A stretch of 64,000 nt of DNA from a virus. Below, one piece after another: positions 11,301 through 20,795 of this stretch (within the stretch, counting starts at the first letter, position 1; every line of letters starts with the position of its first letter). The position numbers were made by a program, and so were the translations under genes. The stretch is taken from positions 15,570 through 79,569 of the IMG/VR virus record IMGVR_UViG_3300027976_000020. The stretch is one strand, 5' to 3'. Under the pieces are notes generated by a model. It did no database searches, was not told the DNA's origin, and was given only the letters and a program-made list of their open reading frames with translations.

Positions 11301-11773
11301 GCATTGAATTGTTCTTGCCAGTCAAAGTTTGTGGGATCGGCCCAATTGACAGTGATGTTGGCCAAGTTGATGCCGTTGTAGTCAATTACATTTTCTGTTG
11401 TTTGTATTGAAAATACTTTGAGATATCCGTTTGCTTCAGTGTTGCGTTTGGGGGTGTAACTTACCAAGTTGGCAAGTTTGACAACACTGTCTCGACGTTC
11501 TGCAGTGTCTAAATAATTTTCACGAGTGTTTAGGTCTGTGCGGAAAGCCAACGACTGGCCCATAAATGCCATTACATCTAGTATGGCAATAAATTCCGAT
11601 GATTCAATGTAGTCATTGAATGTTTCTGGATAGTACAATCGTACATAATCAACAAAACTCTTGCGCAGAGTTTCGAAGTCATAACTTTGGAAGTCAGCTT
11701 CGCGGTAAGTTTGATAGATTCGTTTCCAATCTTCAACTCCAAATACTGCGGTTTGTCTAGTAGTTTTTGCCAT
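8360..11773 (-). CDS. Baseplate wedge subunit (T4 gp6-like)
   Basis: N-terminal DFETLRKSFVDY...DYIESSEF...ENYLDTAERRDSV..LA..VSYTPKR and ETIDEIKQRAP..YYTQNRMVNGEDY motifs of the gp6/baseplate-J family; adjacent to gp25-like gene. Confidence 0.85.
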   Translation of the reverse strand: MAKTTRQTAVFGVEDWKRIYQTYREADFQSYDFETLRKSFVDYVRLYYPETFNDYIESSEFIAILDVMAFMGQSLAFRTDLNTRENYLDTAERRDSVVKLANLVSYTPKRNTEANGYLKVFSIQTTENVIDYNGINLANITVNWADPTNFDWQEQFNAIINSALINTQRVGRPGNRTTLQGIRTDEYTVNLVPGFLPVIPFSAVIDGVNMPFEAVSATATGLPAGVEYVYEPSPQPNGQFGMLFRNDQLGFASADTGFFFYFKQGVLQNQDFNLAERIANRAVNVNIEGVNNTDRWLYQLDNVGNIAREWDYVESVYTAAAEQQESLRPIYSVASRANDQITLNFGDGVFSEIPVGFFRSYVRASNGLQYIINPEEMQNVILSISYVSRTGQLETLTVTCGITEPVSNALARETIDEIKQRAPARYYTQNRMVNGEDYNNFPFTAYNSIIKSKALNRASIGTSRYLDLVDNTGKYSSTNTFGSDGALYESNELPTFLFSWLTTNDISDALSNRVEPLIATDAAVQFYYANFPRPLLTSLSVSWNQSTTLANETTGYFKNAAGLPVSVGTYSSGNMQYVQLGSLIKFKSPTGYYFDANNRLVLGTPTRADEKLTIWASATAVYLDGTNQGIGNFTSGLGPVVLNNYVPTNAQCVEVIPLFVTDLGTTVKQTALTQIELYRNFGLGYNNLTNTWYVITASNLAANATWSQDYAQDTSGANLDASWVVQFATDGESYTVTTRALNYYFGSVLETRFFFYGDEQVYDSRTGTVIRDFVRVLKTNSRPDSNLPLDSDITMRIIAQPVQPDGYVDDYQVLVSWQDKDADGVPDNPDFFNEIVAPDVAATTKLVFFQKIIDFDSLERFVLVAPGTVNGQYATFNDITLEKAQYIVGQVFYAYTDKLFYILSLTTFGTTVLVTTTEYQTRVGRQDLYYQYRHNSALTNRIDPGSTNIIDLYVVTQAYYTAYRNYIQDSTNTVVEPTPPTIDALSTEYAGLQDYKMISDNMIVNPVNFKPLFGAKAAEQLRATIKVIRASNSTASISEIKSTVVANLDAYFAIENWDFGDVFYFSELSAYLHQQMGDIVSSVVLVPLNPQKSFGDLYEIRSAPNEIFVNAATVVDIQVIEALTSTNLRTAPGSGVI

Positions 11774-11792
11774 AATAATCCATCTTGTGAAT

Positions 11793-11798
11793 TATTTA
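11793..11798 (-). promoter_or_regulatory. Putative late promoter (TAAATA) for gp6-like gene
   Basis: CATAAATAA on the minus strand about 20 nt upstream of the ATG; the motif recurs before many structural genes. Confidence 0.6.
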
Positions 11799-11826
11799 TG
11801 GCGAAAATAAACCACCCAGTTTATGT

Positions 11827-12201
11827 TTATGAGTAGTTTGCTGTGGCAGTTTGTTGGTCAAAGTAGACGCTTAAAAATTCACTTGTTTGTCCCGGCACCA
11901 TCATCAGTTCAATTTCAATCAATATACCATGCAGTTGCGGATACATGTTGGCGGATTGCAAATAAATCCGTGGATCTAAACTGGCTATTCTTTGTATTTC
12001 GGCCAGTATAGCACGTTCAGTATCTTGAGTTTGATTTTCAAATATGTAACTCCATATCATGGTTCCATAACCCGGGCGTCCAACCAGTTGCCCTTGTGTT
12101 ATATTAAGTGCATTTAATAGATCACGCTTGACCAACTCAAAATCTACCAAGGTAAATTTCTTTGTTTGCCCTATTGTGTTAAAACCTCTGAATGTTGTCA
12201 T
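11827..12201 (-). CDS. Baseplate wedge protein gp25-like
   Basis: 124 aa; LVKRDLLNALN...G....PGYGT.IW..IFE...DPRI pattern of GPW/gp25 family. Confidence 0.85.
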   Translation of the reverse strand: MTTFRGFNTIGQTKKFTLVDFELVKRDLLNALNITQGQLVGRPGYGTMIWSYIFENQTQDTERAILAEIQRIASLDPRIYLQSANMYPQLHGILIEIELMMVPGQTSEFLSVYFDQQTATANYS

Positions 12202-12206
12202 AGTTG

Positions 12207-12212
12207 TATTTA
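12207..12212 (-). promoter_or_regulatory. Putative late promoter (TAAATA), 5 nt before ATG
   Basis: GTAAATA-CAACT-ATG on the minus strand. Confidence 0.6.
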
Positions 12213-12220
12213 CTTGTATT

Positions 12221-13696
12221 TTAAGTTACAGCCACCGGAGGCAATCCTAATCTTGCTCTAACAATTGGATCGTTGCCTGTGTACGGTGGCGCATTGGGAT
12301 CGCCCAATGAGTTAGCGCCAGCGTTCAATGCACCTGACAGTCCCGACAATCCGCCCAGCTCGCTGGGTATACTTCCATTCAGTAAACTCTTGGCCTTTTG
12401 CCCAGCAGCTTGCAATGCACCTGACAGTCCCGACAATCCGCCCAGCTCGCTGGGTATACTTCCATTCAGTAAACTCTTGGCCTTTTGCCCAGCAGCTTGC
12501 AATGCTGATGTGTCAACTGCTTGCGGACTGAACGTAGGAGTTGAAATTTTAGTACTGCCGACAAGTTTAGTAAATGCTGCATTTACAGTTGTTCTATCAA
12601 TTGTTTTGCTGAACCCAGCAGCTGGTATAACGCCTGCAACCGCAGCTGGCAATTTAAAATCACTAAAATTAACAGCAAATTGTCCTTGCTTGGCTAAAGA
12701 ATCCATTTGACTTTTTATTGAAGCAGAATTAATAGTTGGTATCTGACCTTTTGCCCACACTAATGCATTGTCAACGCCGAACTTGCTAGAAATTGCTAGT
12801 AATCCCCCAAGAGCAGCTATTCCTCGGTCTAGTGAGTTTGTCAGTCCTGACAAACTAGCAGTTGAAAGGCTGCTGATTGCTGTTTGCACAGAAGACAATT
12901 CACCTGTTGTAGCATTATATATTTGTCCGCTGGGCGCAACAGCATCAGTTCCAGGTGTTACAATTTCTCCGGTCTGAACTAGTTTAGTGTAGCTGTCTTT
13001 TATAATTCCAAGCTGAATTTTATCTTGTAGTTTGGAGTTAGTGAGCAAACAATCAAGTTTGATTACCCCGTCTTTACCGGTCCACACTGATGGACTTTTT
13101 AATAAATCAACAGCGTTGTTTGCTGTTGGTGCATACCTCGAAGCTGTGCCACATTTTATATGGCCGGATCCTTCAAGCTGGTCTATGTCAAACCCGTATT
13201 TGCCAACTCCCAAAGCAGGAGTAGCCAAATCGGCGGGTTGGCAAACACTTGCAGCAACTGCTGCCATTACTGCTTGTACTTGTGTTGCAGACAATGGACC
13301 AATCGGAGTTGTTACCACCGATGTTTCGACATACTCAGACACAGTAATACCGTTGTTGATCGGAACATCCGCAAGTGTTGGCAACGATGAAATTATAGTA
13401 ACAGTTCCGGTAGGAGTAGCGTTTGCAACAGAAGAGCCGCTGACAAAGCCGTCGGTATAAATTGCCAACAACGGAATATCCGGAACGCCTGCTGTTCCTC
13501 TTGTCAACCGTGACTTTGCAAATTCAGTCACAGTTGTTTCTACTGATTGTAAACTGTCGCCCGACGACAGTCCAATAAACGCACCTGCTGCCAATTGCTC
13601 AAGGTAAACTCTTTCGGCTTCGACTGCTGTAGTGCCAGCAGGAGCTTCTAGTGTGAATAACTTTCCATTGGGAAGATTAAAACTAAACTTGGCCAT
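12221..13696 (-). CDS. Hypothetical baseplate-region virion protein (possible lysozyme-like segment)
   Basis: 491-aa ORF between gp5-like and gp25-like genes; GVGKYGF..QLE..G.IK segment loosely resembles muramidase-like folds. Confidence 0.55.
   Translation of the reverse strand: MAKFSFNLPNGKLFTLEAPAGTTAVEAERVYLEQLAAGAFIGLSSGDSLQSVETTVTEFAKSRLTRGTAGVPDIPLLAIYTDGFVSGSSVANATPTGTVTIISSLPTLADVPINNGITVSEYVETSVVTTPIGPLSATQVQAVMAAVAASVCQPADLATPALGVGKYGFDIDQLEGSGHIKCGTASRYAPTANNAVDLLKSPSVWTGKDGVIKLDCLLTNSKLQDKIQLGIIKDSYTKLVQTGEIVTPGTDAVAPSGQIYNATTGELSSVQTAISSLSTASLSGLTNSLDRGIAALGGLLAISSKFGVDNALVWAKGQIPTINSASIKSQMDSLAKQGQFAVNFSDFKLPAAVAGVIPAAGFSKTIDRTTVNAAFTKLVGSTKISTPTFSPQAVDTSALQAAGQKAKSLLNGSIPSELGGLSGLSGALQAAGQKAKSLLNGSIPSELGGLSGLSGALNAGANSLGDPNAPPYTGNDPIVRARLGLPPVAVT
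12326..12505. repeat. Exact 87-bp in-frame tandem duplication
   Basis: Unit starting caatgcacctgacagtcccgac occurs at 12326 and 12413; the protein repeats ALQAAGQKAKSLLNGSIPSELGGLSGLSG. Confidence 0.95.
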
Positions 13697-13697
13697 A

Positions 13698-15212
13698 TTA
13701 TGTCACTGTTCCTTTAAATCCTGGTGGCAGCGGAGGAGTGTTTGGTGGAGTAGACGGTTGACCAGGCTCCATTGATATTTCTACACCGACACCTTGGTTA
13801 TGGAACGGCCAAGGTTCGTGTGTTGGTGCTCTTGTAACAATACTTTCTAATCCAGTGGGAGAAACTTGCCAACCGGTTGCTTGATTAAATTCTGTGCTAG
13901 GCATTACTCGTTTTGGTAATTTCTTAGGCGGATTGACATTTTCAGCAGCGCCGCTGTTGAGATCAATACCTCCTGCACGAAGTACCATTTCGCAACCGGC
14001 ATCCCATGATCCTTTGTTGCTGTACAACGCCAAGCTGCCGTCGGCACGAACAGCAATACGAGCTTTGCTGTACAACACAGTTTCGTCGGTACTGTACAAT
14101 GTTATTTTTTTGTCAGATTCTATTGTTGTATTGCCTGCACTCTTCATATTGATCGATTTACCAGCAAACATGTTGATGTCTTCATCTGCATGAAGATTGA
14201 TTGTTCCTTGTGTGCGAACGTTGACTGAGTTTGTGGCGTATACATCTAGCGTGCCTTCTTGTCCCAACTCCAACCAGGCCTGACCGTTGGCATGAATAAT
14301 GTACAAAAAGTTGCCATCGTCGCTCATTGTGATTTGATGGCCACCGCTGGTACGAACACGCACAAGATTGTCTTTGCCATCAATATTTCCATCGTCCAGC
14401 ACAATGCTGTGTCCACCGCGGCGTCCAATTACATTTACATCATTTGAACTGATGGAGTTGTCGTTAATACGTTTTTGAATGTCAGATTCAGACAGTCCAC
14501 CGTTGTACACTGGGCGTCCGGGTGTGCTGATCCCAAACACTGCACTGGGACTTTCTCGCTGACTAGTTGAACTGATTGGGCCGCGTTGCGGATCTGTTAG
14601 TGTACCTTGCTGAAACATCTCAGCTGCCAAGAAACTGTGCACAGGTTTTGGCTGGTCAAAGTATTGTGGATTGTCGTTAATCTGCTTGTTGTTTGGATTG
14701 ATTTCGGTAACTGGTAGTACCTTTGCACCGTTGTAATAGCTTTTTTGATCGCTATTTTGTAAATTAAATTTTGTACTCGCCCCAATGGCAGGAATCATAT
14801 GCGTCATTCCTTGTTCGGGAATACAACCCATGTAATAGCCTAAGTTTGGATCACCTCCAGCAAAGAAACACAATACACTAACTCCGAGGTCCGGCGGTGT
14901 CATCCACATGCCATAGCTTTGTGGGTTTCCGTCCAAGTATCCGCCCACAGAATCAGTTGTTCCTTTTTTTCCTGGTTGAGGAGGAGTAGATCCGTAAAAT
15001 GGAGAACAATAACTGACAGTACGCCACACTGTTGTATCGTCCGGATTGTTGCCGGCTAGTTGTTCAATAAACACTTCTAACCGGCCTTGCCTGGTGGGAT
15101 CAACATTGTTTTTTACTACGCCAACAAATGGACCAAATATTGCAGACATGCCGCCGCGATCAAACTTGTAGTTGGATGCTACGCCTTTACTTCGTTGTAT
15201 ATTATCTGCCAT
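13698..15212 (-). CDS. Baseplate central spike (gp5/VgrG-like OB-fold plus beta-helix, no lysozyme insertion)
   Basis: GVVKNNVDPTRQGRLEVFI, YGMWMTPPDLGVSVLCFF, RTSGGHQITMSDD, beta-repeat region and C-terminal PTHEPWPFH. Confidence 0.8.
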   Translation of the reverse strand: MADNIQRSKGVASNYKFDRGGMSAIFGPFVGVVKNNVDPTRQGRLEVFIEQLAGNNPDDTTVWRTVSYCSPFYGSTPPQPGKKGTTDSVGGYLDGNPQSYGMWMTPPDLGVSVLCFFAGGDPNLGYYMGCIPEQGMTHMIPAIGASTKFNLQNSDQKSYYNGAKVLPVTEINPNNKQINDNPQYFDQPKPVHSFLAAEMFQQGTLTDPQRGPISSTSQRESPSAVFGISTPGRPVYNGGLSESDIQKRINDNSISSNDVNVIGRRGGHSIVLDDGNIDGKDNLVRVRTSGGHQITMSDDGNFLYIIHANGQAWLELGQEGTLDVYATNSVNVRTQGTINLHADEDINMFAGKSINMKSAGNTTIESDKKITLYSTDETVLYSKARIAVRADGSLALYSNKGSWDAGCEMVLRAGGIDLNSGAAENVNPPKKLPKRVMPSTEFNQATGWQVSPTGLESIVTRAPTHEPWPFHNQGVGVEISMEPGQPSTPPNTPPLPPGFKGTVT

Positions 15213-15221
15213 TGTTTATCC

Positions 15222-16868
15222 TTAATCGTCTTTAGACATTAGCTGGTTATTGAAAATTTGTGCTTCTGGATCATCTGCGTTAACTGCCGAATTAACGTCT
15301 GAGGCAGCGGAAGGGCGCAGTCTAGGAGGTGGTGCAAACGACGGTGCAAACACTTGTGCTTCCGGATCATCTGCGTTGAACGCTGTGTTGACGTCGGGCT
15401 CACTGGGAGTAAACGGCAGAATAGAAGTTCCGCTGTTGTTAACCGATGGGCCAGTTTGTTCAGCCATTCCTGCAAATTCACTTGAATTGTTAAATGCCGA
15501 TGTGGCGTCTTGATTGATTTTTAAAACGCTGGCATCTCTAATTTGTGTTGGTGTTTGCGCCGCTGGTCTATTCCCGGCGTTGGCTAACCTGGCTGTTTCA
15601 GCTGTTGACTCAGTGGGCGGTGATCCAGTGCCCACTGCTTTTATTTCCAGAAGCGGCAATTGTACTATTGAACCTAACAATTCTTGTTCAAACTTGCCAT
15701 TGCTAAATGTGCTAGTTACAGAAGTGGCTTTGTAGGTGTAAATTGCTTGCGGATCTTGTCCAACATTGGGATTTGCAAGTCCGGTGCCATTCACATCATA
15801 ATCAACTCCGGGATTCCATTGCAAATCAAAAATAATTTCTTGTGCGTCAAAATTTATTGACCCGTCGGGTTCAAAAGGATTAAAATTGAAATTCAAAGAG
15901 TCTATCCCGACAGCAGCTTCGCCTTGCTGCAACCACGCAGGATCTCCAATTATTCCTAAGCGAGTAATGCTGATGTCAGATGGACTATACAAGTAATCAG
16001 CGGCCGATGCGCCAATTGAGTTGGTCTTGCCTTCAGCACCTTGGCTGCTGCTGGCAGCAACTGCTGCTTGATACACATAAGCAGGACTTTCCCTGTGATT
16101 TGTTTTTGCTCGGAATAGACCCAAAGTGCTGGGAGTTGTAAATGTCACGTTGAACAAACTGTTGAATGCTTGTTCAAATCGTATTACTTGTGCGTTCTGG
16201 CCTGTGAACCAATATTTGTAACTTTTATGACGTCCGCGCAATCTTGCTTCTGGATAAAATTCACTATTCATATCATTGATGCCGTAAGCACTGATGACAT
16301 ATTTAATATTGTAGGCAAAATCGTTACGCCCAGAATCAAACGCAATTGGTATAGATTGAACTGAGATTTTATACCATGCCAGATCGCCCAATGGATTTTG
16401 TGGCTTTGTTTCTTGTGTGATTTCGTCAATTATTACATTTGCTTGGTCAGTAATGTAACTGCTGTTTTTTAATATTTCGTCTAATACTGCCACAATCGGC
16501 GTGCCGGCAACAATTTCAAATATTCTAACATCATAAGCAACTGAATTGCTTTTGGGATTAACTTTGTCAGATGGATTTTTAGACCGTTGCATTGGTGTCT
16601 TGGATTTGCTGGGTGTGCCGCCTTTGGCAACACGTGAGTCGCCAAGAATGGCAGGAGCAAACTCTATGCTGTAAATGTTGGCTATTTTGAATGGGCCAGC
16701 TTTGACCATCTCAGCTTCTTGATTGTTTAGTGCAGAAACAAGTCCAATTGCAACGTTTTTACTTACACTGGGCGCAGCATTTGCTTTGGGAGGTGTAGTG
16801 CTTTGTATATTGGCGTTGGCCTGGGCTGCGTTGCCTGTTCCATTTAATGGTCGTGCATTAGTTACCAT
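15222..16868 (-). CDS. Putative baseplate hub protein (C-terminal-half-like)
   Basis: 548 aa with GGAGGA SD; L.IIGDPAWL and Y....V.STFSNGKFEQEL motifs typical of hub proteins that precede the spike gene. Confidence 0.55.
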   Translation of the reverse strand: MVTNARPLNGTGNAAQANANIQSTTPPKANAAPSVSKNVAIGLVSALNNQEAEMVKAGPFKIANIYSIEFAPAILGDSRVAKGGTPSKSKTPMQRSKNPSDKVNPKSNSVAYDVRIFEIVAGTPIVAVLDEILKNSSYITDQANVIIDEITQETKPQNPLGDLAWYKISVQSIPIAFDSGRNDFAYNIKYVISAYGINDMNSEFYPEARLRGRHKSYKYWFTGQNAQVIRFEQAFNSLFNVTFTTPSTLGLFRAKTNHRESPAYVYQAAVAASSSQGAEGKTNSIGASAADYLYSPSDISITRLGIIGDPAWLQQGEAAVGIDSLNFNFNPFEPDGSINFDAQEIIFDLQWNPGVDYDVNGTGLANPNVGQDPQAIYTYKATSVTSTFSNGKFEQELLGSIVQLPLLEIKAVGTGSPPTESTAETARLANAGNRPAAQTPTQIRDASVLKINQDATSAFNNSSEFAGMAEQTGPSVNNSGTSILPFTPSEPDVNTAFNADDPEAQVFAPSFAPPPRLRPSAASDVNSAVNADDPEAQIFNNQLMSKDD

Positions 16869-16869
16869 A

Positions 16870-18255
16870 TCATGCTCCTCCTATATAAGGATCGTCAGAG
16901 TCCAGCAGTTGATCGTCTGCTATAGGAGCTTTGTAAGTTGTAGATCGAGGGTCTGTTGATGCATTTAATCTGGAAGTTTTTCTACCGTCGCTGGGCGATA
17001 CTTCTGACAGCACTACACCATTGGTTAATAAGTCTTTTACTGTTGCACCAGATATTTTAACTGATGATTTCACTACACCCAAGTTGGAGCCAAACCCCAC
17101 TAGATAAGAAATTGGAATTCCCTTGACTGTGTATTCAACCAACTTGTTGGCAACTGTAAAAGTGATATTGTTAAGGCCAAAAGGTATAATTTTTTCAACT
17201 ACCACACCGTTGTTTCCGGCTTGCACAAGTTTTCCTTCGTTGTTGTAGCCATAAAATCTAATAACCAATGCATAAGCTGCTGCACGATAGGGAATTCTAT
17301 TTGTCGGGTCCTGGTCTTTGTATTGGTCAGTGACTGCTTTCAACAAACTGTCGATCAATGTTATGTTGGCAGGTTCTGTCACAGTGAATTCTAGAGAAGC
17401 TGAATTATGTGCTTTGTTGCTGCCTTTTCCGGTGATTACACTTTGTATTTTTAAATTGTCAAGATAAAAGTCATTTTTAAAAAACGGACTACGACCCACA
17501 ATGTTGTTTTTTATGTCGCCAAAATCAGCAGCTGAACCACCGCTTTGTATCAGCAAACTGTAGTTGCTTAATACGGGCTTGTGACTTTTTTGCATTTCTG
17601 CATATGCATCGGGCTTTAACAAATACCAACCAATGTTGTATGTGTAACTGGCATATTGGTCCAGCACGTTTGGCTGTGGTGCAAATGGTTTTTTGCTGAA
17701 CGAATTGATAATTCTTGTTGTGTTGGCTGCTGTTGCTCCGTCCTCGCCTGTTGCGCCTGCTCCTGCTGGCCCTGCGGCCTCGCCTGGCCTGATGTATTCA
17801 CTTTGCTGATTGCCAGAATTGACTGTGTACTCGCCAGCAGAATTGTTTAATTCTTCTTTGTTGGCAGAAATGTATTCCTTCATCACGCTGTTGGCATCAG
17901 GAGATACACTTTGTGTGTCTGTTAATTTTTTTACAGGAGGGTTGATTCCGGTTTCTGTTTCGCCTGCCAACGCAGCCGCTTGTTGAGTGTTGAGCCGTTC
18001 GTTGACATTGGCAAGCGGCAACGAAGGCGCTTGAGACGTGCCGGCCAGACTGCTAGTAACTTCTGACTGAGCAGTTGACGTGCTACTGGTGCTTAGTAAC
18101 ACTTCAATTTCGGTTACTACTGCTGCTAACCGTATATTAAGTTGCTGAATTTCCTGGGTTGCTGTTGCATTTCCGGCTTGCGACTGTTGTGCTAATGCTG
18201 CTCGCCGACTCAACAGTTGCTGTCGTTCTGCTTCTAAACTGTTAATATCTGCCAT
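16870..18255 (-). CDS. Putative baseplate hub protein (N-terminal-half-like)
   Basis: 461 aa; PNVLDQYASYTYNI and LEFTVTEP motifs; lies between gp53-like and spike genes. Confidence 0.5.
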   Translation of the reverse strand: MADINSLEAERQQLLSRRAALAQQSQAGNATATQEIQQLNIRLAAVVTEIEVLLSTSSTSTAQSEVTSSLAGTSQAPSLPLANVNERLNTQQAAALAGETETGINPPVKKLTDTQSVSPDANSVMKEYISANKEELNNSAGEYTVNSGNQQSEYIRPGEAAGPAGAGATGEDGATAANTTRIINSFSKKPFAPQPNVLDQYASYTYNIGWYLLKPDAYAEMQKSHKPVLSNYSLLIQSGGSAADFGDIKNNIVGRSPFFKNDFYLDNLKIQSVITGKGSNKAHNSASLEFTVTEPANITLIDSLLKAVTDQYKDQDPTNRIPYRAAAYALVIRFYGYNNEGKLVQAGNNGVVVEKIIPFGLNNITFTVANKLVEYTVKGIPISYLVGFGSNLGVVKSSVKISGATVKDLLTNGVVLSEVSPSDGRKTSRLNASTDPRSTTYKAPIADDQLLDSDDPYIGGA

Positions 18256-18258
18256 TGA

Positions 18259-18558
18259 TTAAAACCCCAGCACTGATCTCAGTGTGCTCAATTTAGGAAT
18301 ATAGATATTGGTATTCATTACAAAATCCAATGGTGGCTTGGTCAATGTGTTTGGGTTGCGTTGATAAAATACCCACCATAGTGCACCATTTTGGTACAAG
18401 TCAAACGCCAATAGGTCTGGACGATATTGATAAGTTTGATTGATAACAAACAACAAATCATCACTTTGCTTGGGTATTGGTCTGTTGACCATTGTATCCA
18501 AAAAGAATTGACTGTAGCCAGTATTTGCGTATGGACTGGTTGCATTGTATGTTGCCAT
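18259..18558 (-). CDS. Baseplate wedge protein gp53-like (LysM-like)
   Basis: YQYRPDLLAFDLYQNGALWWVFYQRN...IYIP motif; start moved to ATG 18558 (TAATG overlap). Confidence 0.8.
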   Translation of the reverse strand: MATYNATSPYANTGYSQFFLDTMVNRPIPKQSDDLLFVINQTYQYRPDLLAFDLYQNGALWWVFYQRNPNTLTKPPLDFVMNTNIYIPKLSTLRSVLGF

Positions 18559-19721
18559 TACCACATGCCTCCTTTGAGCAAGTCACCATTGGCGTACTGT
18601 CGTACGCTGAATCGTTGACTTTGTGCCTGACGACTCACAACCGGCAACAGTGTTATGTTGATATTCATTTTTGTTGGCACATATGTTGGGATAGTGTTTG
18701 ATCCCAGTGTTGCAGGTGCAGGTGGTTTGTTTTCACCACCTGCCGGCATTGATTGTCCATTGAACAATTTTGAACTTGCCAATCTGTTGATTGCTCCACC
18801 AACAAACCCACCTAGTACGCCGCCGCCCCAGCTTGTGCCGGGCCCAGTTGAGTTGTTTGATTGGCGTTGTTGCAGCATGCTGCTGTTATTTACGTTGGGG
18901 CTGTATGCACGGACATAATCTACGTCGGCTGGCAAATCATATGTGAATGATGTCACAACACAAGGATGTTCATTGAATTGGAACTCTCCAAGACCGGTCA
19001 AGTAAACCAACGGTGGTGGCGATCCTCTTTGCGGATCTTGGCCATAGAACATTTTGGTCACACTTTTAAAAAAGTGTATCACTGCCAGTAAATATTCAGC
19101 TTCGGCTGTACTCTGTGCAGTAAACGGACAACTTATTATCACTGGCTCAACAGAACTACCTTGATAAAAATATCCTTTGTAGTTTGAATGTGTGATGTCC
19201 ACCGCAGAGTAATTGGCTTTGTAACTTGTGTTGATTGTGGGAGTGTACGGAAACAGCACACCGTCTGTTGCCGACAATGGAGATAAAATTCCCGAGTTGG
19301 GCGCTTTGTACAAATAATCAGCCAACGGCGCCAAACGCAGTTTAACACGCCAGTCAGCATTGTTTCTGTTGCTGCGCTGATTGGCAATTGTATTTTGTGC
19401 TCTGGCTTTATCCAATGTTGCGGCTTGTTCTGCGGCTTGTTCTGCGGTGAGGGCGGCCTGAGCAGTAGCAGCCGACGCTTCGTCAAATGCTGCTGCGGCT
19501 TCCAATCTAGATTGCTCGTATGGATCTATGCCGCTTTGATCCAACACTACTTCAGTCACTGCGTTGCTGCCTGCAAGCGACGGCAATGTGACCAATGGAG
19601 AAAGATCAAAATCACCAAAGTTGTCATCAGTAATGCCGGCTGCAAGCCTGGCCGCTGTCGGCGAAAGTCCCTGTGCAATAGCTTGATTGTATGCGTTGAT
19701 TATTTCTTGGTTAGTTGGCAT
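18558..19721 (-). CDS. Tail tube initiator / baseplate-tube junction protein (gp48/gp54-like)
   Basis: VLFPYTPTI, HSNY, PPPLVYLTGLG..FNEHPCVVTSFTYDLP.DVDY, VPT pattern of tube-fold proteins; synteny. Confidence 0.65.
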   Translation of the reverse strand: MPTNQEIINAYNQAIAQGLSPTAARLAAGITDDNFGDFDLSPLVTLPSLAGSNAVTEVVLDQSGIDPYEQSRLEAAAAFDEASAATAQAALTAEQAAEQAATLDKARAQNTIANQRSNRNNADWRVKLRLAPLADYLYKAPNSGILSPLSATDGVLFPYTPTINTSYKANYSAVDITHSNYKGYFYQGSSVEPVIISCPFTAQSTAEAEYLLAVIHFFKSVTKMFYGQDPQRGSPPPLVYLTGLGEFQFNEHPCVVTSFTYDLPADVDYVRAYSPNVNNSSMLQQRQSNNSTGPGTSWGGGVLGGFVGGAINRLASSKLFNGQSMPAGGENKPPAPATLGSNTIPTYVPTKMNINITLLPVVSRQAQSQRFSVRQYANGDLLKGGMW

Positions 19722-19745
19722 TGGTAATATTACCCTCGTAGCATA

Positions 19746-19817
19746 TATTTAGTGGAAAAATAAACTGGGTGTTTAATGATCTGGTTGACAAGTACATAAT
19801 CTGTGTTACAATAAATA
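19746..19817. promoter_or_regulatory. Divergent promoter region: late TAAATA on both strands plus a sigma70-like promoter for the gp55-like gene
   Basis: Minus-strand TAAATA 19746-19751; TTGACA 19785-19790, 16 nt, TG-n-TACAAT 19807-19812; plus-strand TAAATA 19812-19817; AGGAG SD before GTG 19839. Confidence 0.65.
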
Positions 19818-19838
19818 TATTATTAGGAGAAACTGCCT

Positions 19839-20795
19839 GTGGCAACAAAACGTACCATATCCACCTTGGATCCCACACAATCAATAGCAGCTACGCCGCC
19901 TGCACCAAAAGTAAATTATCTAAACAACAGAGATATTTTAAAAGAGATTCATGCTAGTAAAAACACATATTGCTACTACATCAATCCCGAAACTGACAGT
20001 CAATACGACATCATTTTGCCCAGTCTGGACAAGATCAACCAACGCACTGTGGCAGAAGCACGCCGTAATCGTGCTGACCGTCTCAAGCGGCTGGGCACCA
20101 TTGTTGATCCGTTGAAGATTCCCAATACTGATTTGGTTTTTCGTATCAGCTGCTGGGATCATATTCCAATGGCAGAGAAAAAAATTCCTAAGTCTGCACA
20201 AAAGAAAAAACAAAAACTAGAAGATCTTTTGGAATTTGTCGAAGATGAACCAGTTGATGATTCACTTGACGAAATATCGGACAAAGGATTTATCAATCCT
20301 GTTCGTCAGCGTTTGAATTTTCCTCCGTTTGAACATTTTCGTATTGACGCAAACAAAGAAAAGTACATTGTGGGACGCAGCCATTGGAAAGGTAATCTTG
20401 AAACCGGAGAGTTCAGCAAGGATCACGGCGACATGACACGCAAACTGGCACACATGTTTATGAAACTGTGTGAACGCTATGCTACTCGTAGCAACTGGCG
20501 TGGTTACACCTACAACGAAGAAATGCGGGGACAAGCATTGCTACAGTTGAGCCAAATTGGTTTGCAGTTTGACGAATCAAAAAGCCAAAACCCATTTGCT
20601 TACTACACAGCAGCCATCACCAATTCGTTTACACGTATTTTGAACTTGGAAAAGAAAAACCAAAACATTCGCGATGACATTTTGGAGATCAATGGTCTAA
20701 GCCCAAGTTGGACTAGACAAAATCTTGGCAAAGCCACCATGGCTCAATTGAGTGGTCCTGTTACCATCACCACATGTTTGACCTCGTCTAATTAA
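19839..20795 (+). CDS. Late-transcription sigma factor (T4 gp55-like)
   Basis: NYLNN..IL.EI, NWRGYTYNEEMRGQA, FDESKSQNPFAYYT.....F.R.L..EKK; precedes gp47/gp46 as in T4-like phages. Confidence 0.85.
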   Translation: MATKRTISTLDPTQSIAATPPAPKVNYLNNRDILKEIHASKNTYCYYINPETDSQYDIILPSLDKINQRTVAEARRNRADRLKRLGTIVDPLKIPNTDLVFRISCWDHIPMAEKKIPKSAQKKKQKLEDLLEFVEDEPVDDSLDEISDKGFINPVRQRLNFPPFEHFRIDANKEKYIVGRSHWKGNLETGEFSKDHGDMTRKLAHMFMKLCERYATRSNWRGYTYNEEMRGQALLQLSQIGLQFDESKSQNPFAYYTAAITNSFTRILNLEKKNQNIRDDILEINGLSPSWTRQNLGKATMAQLSGPVTITTCLTSSN

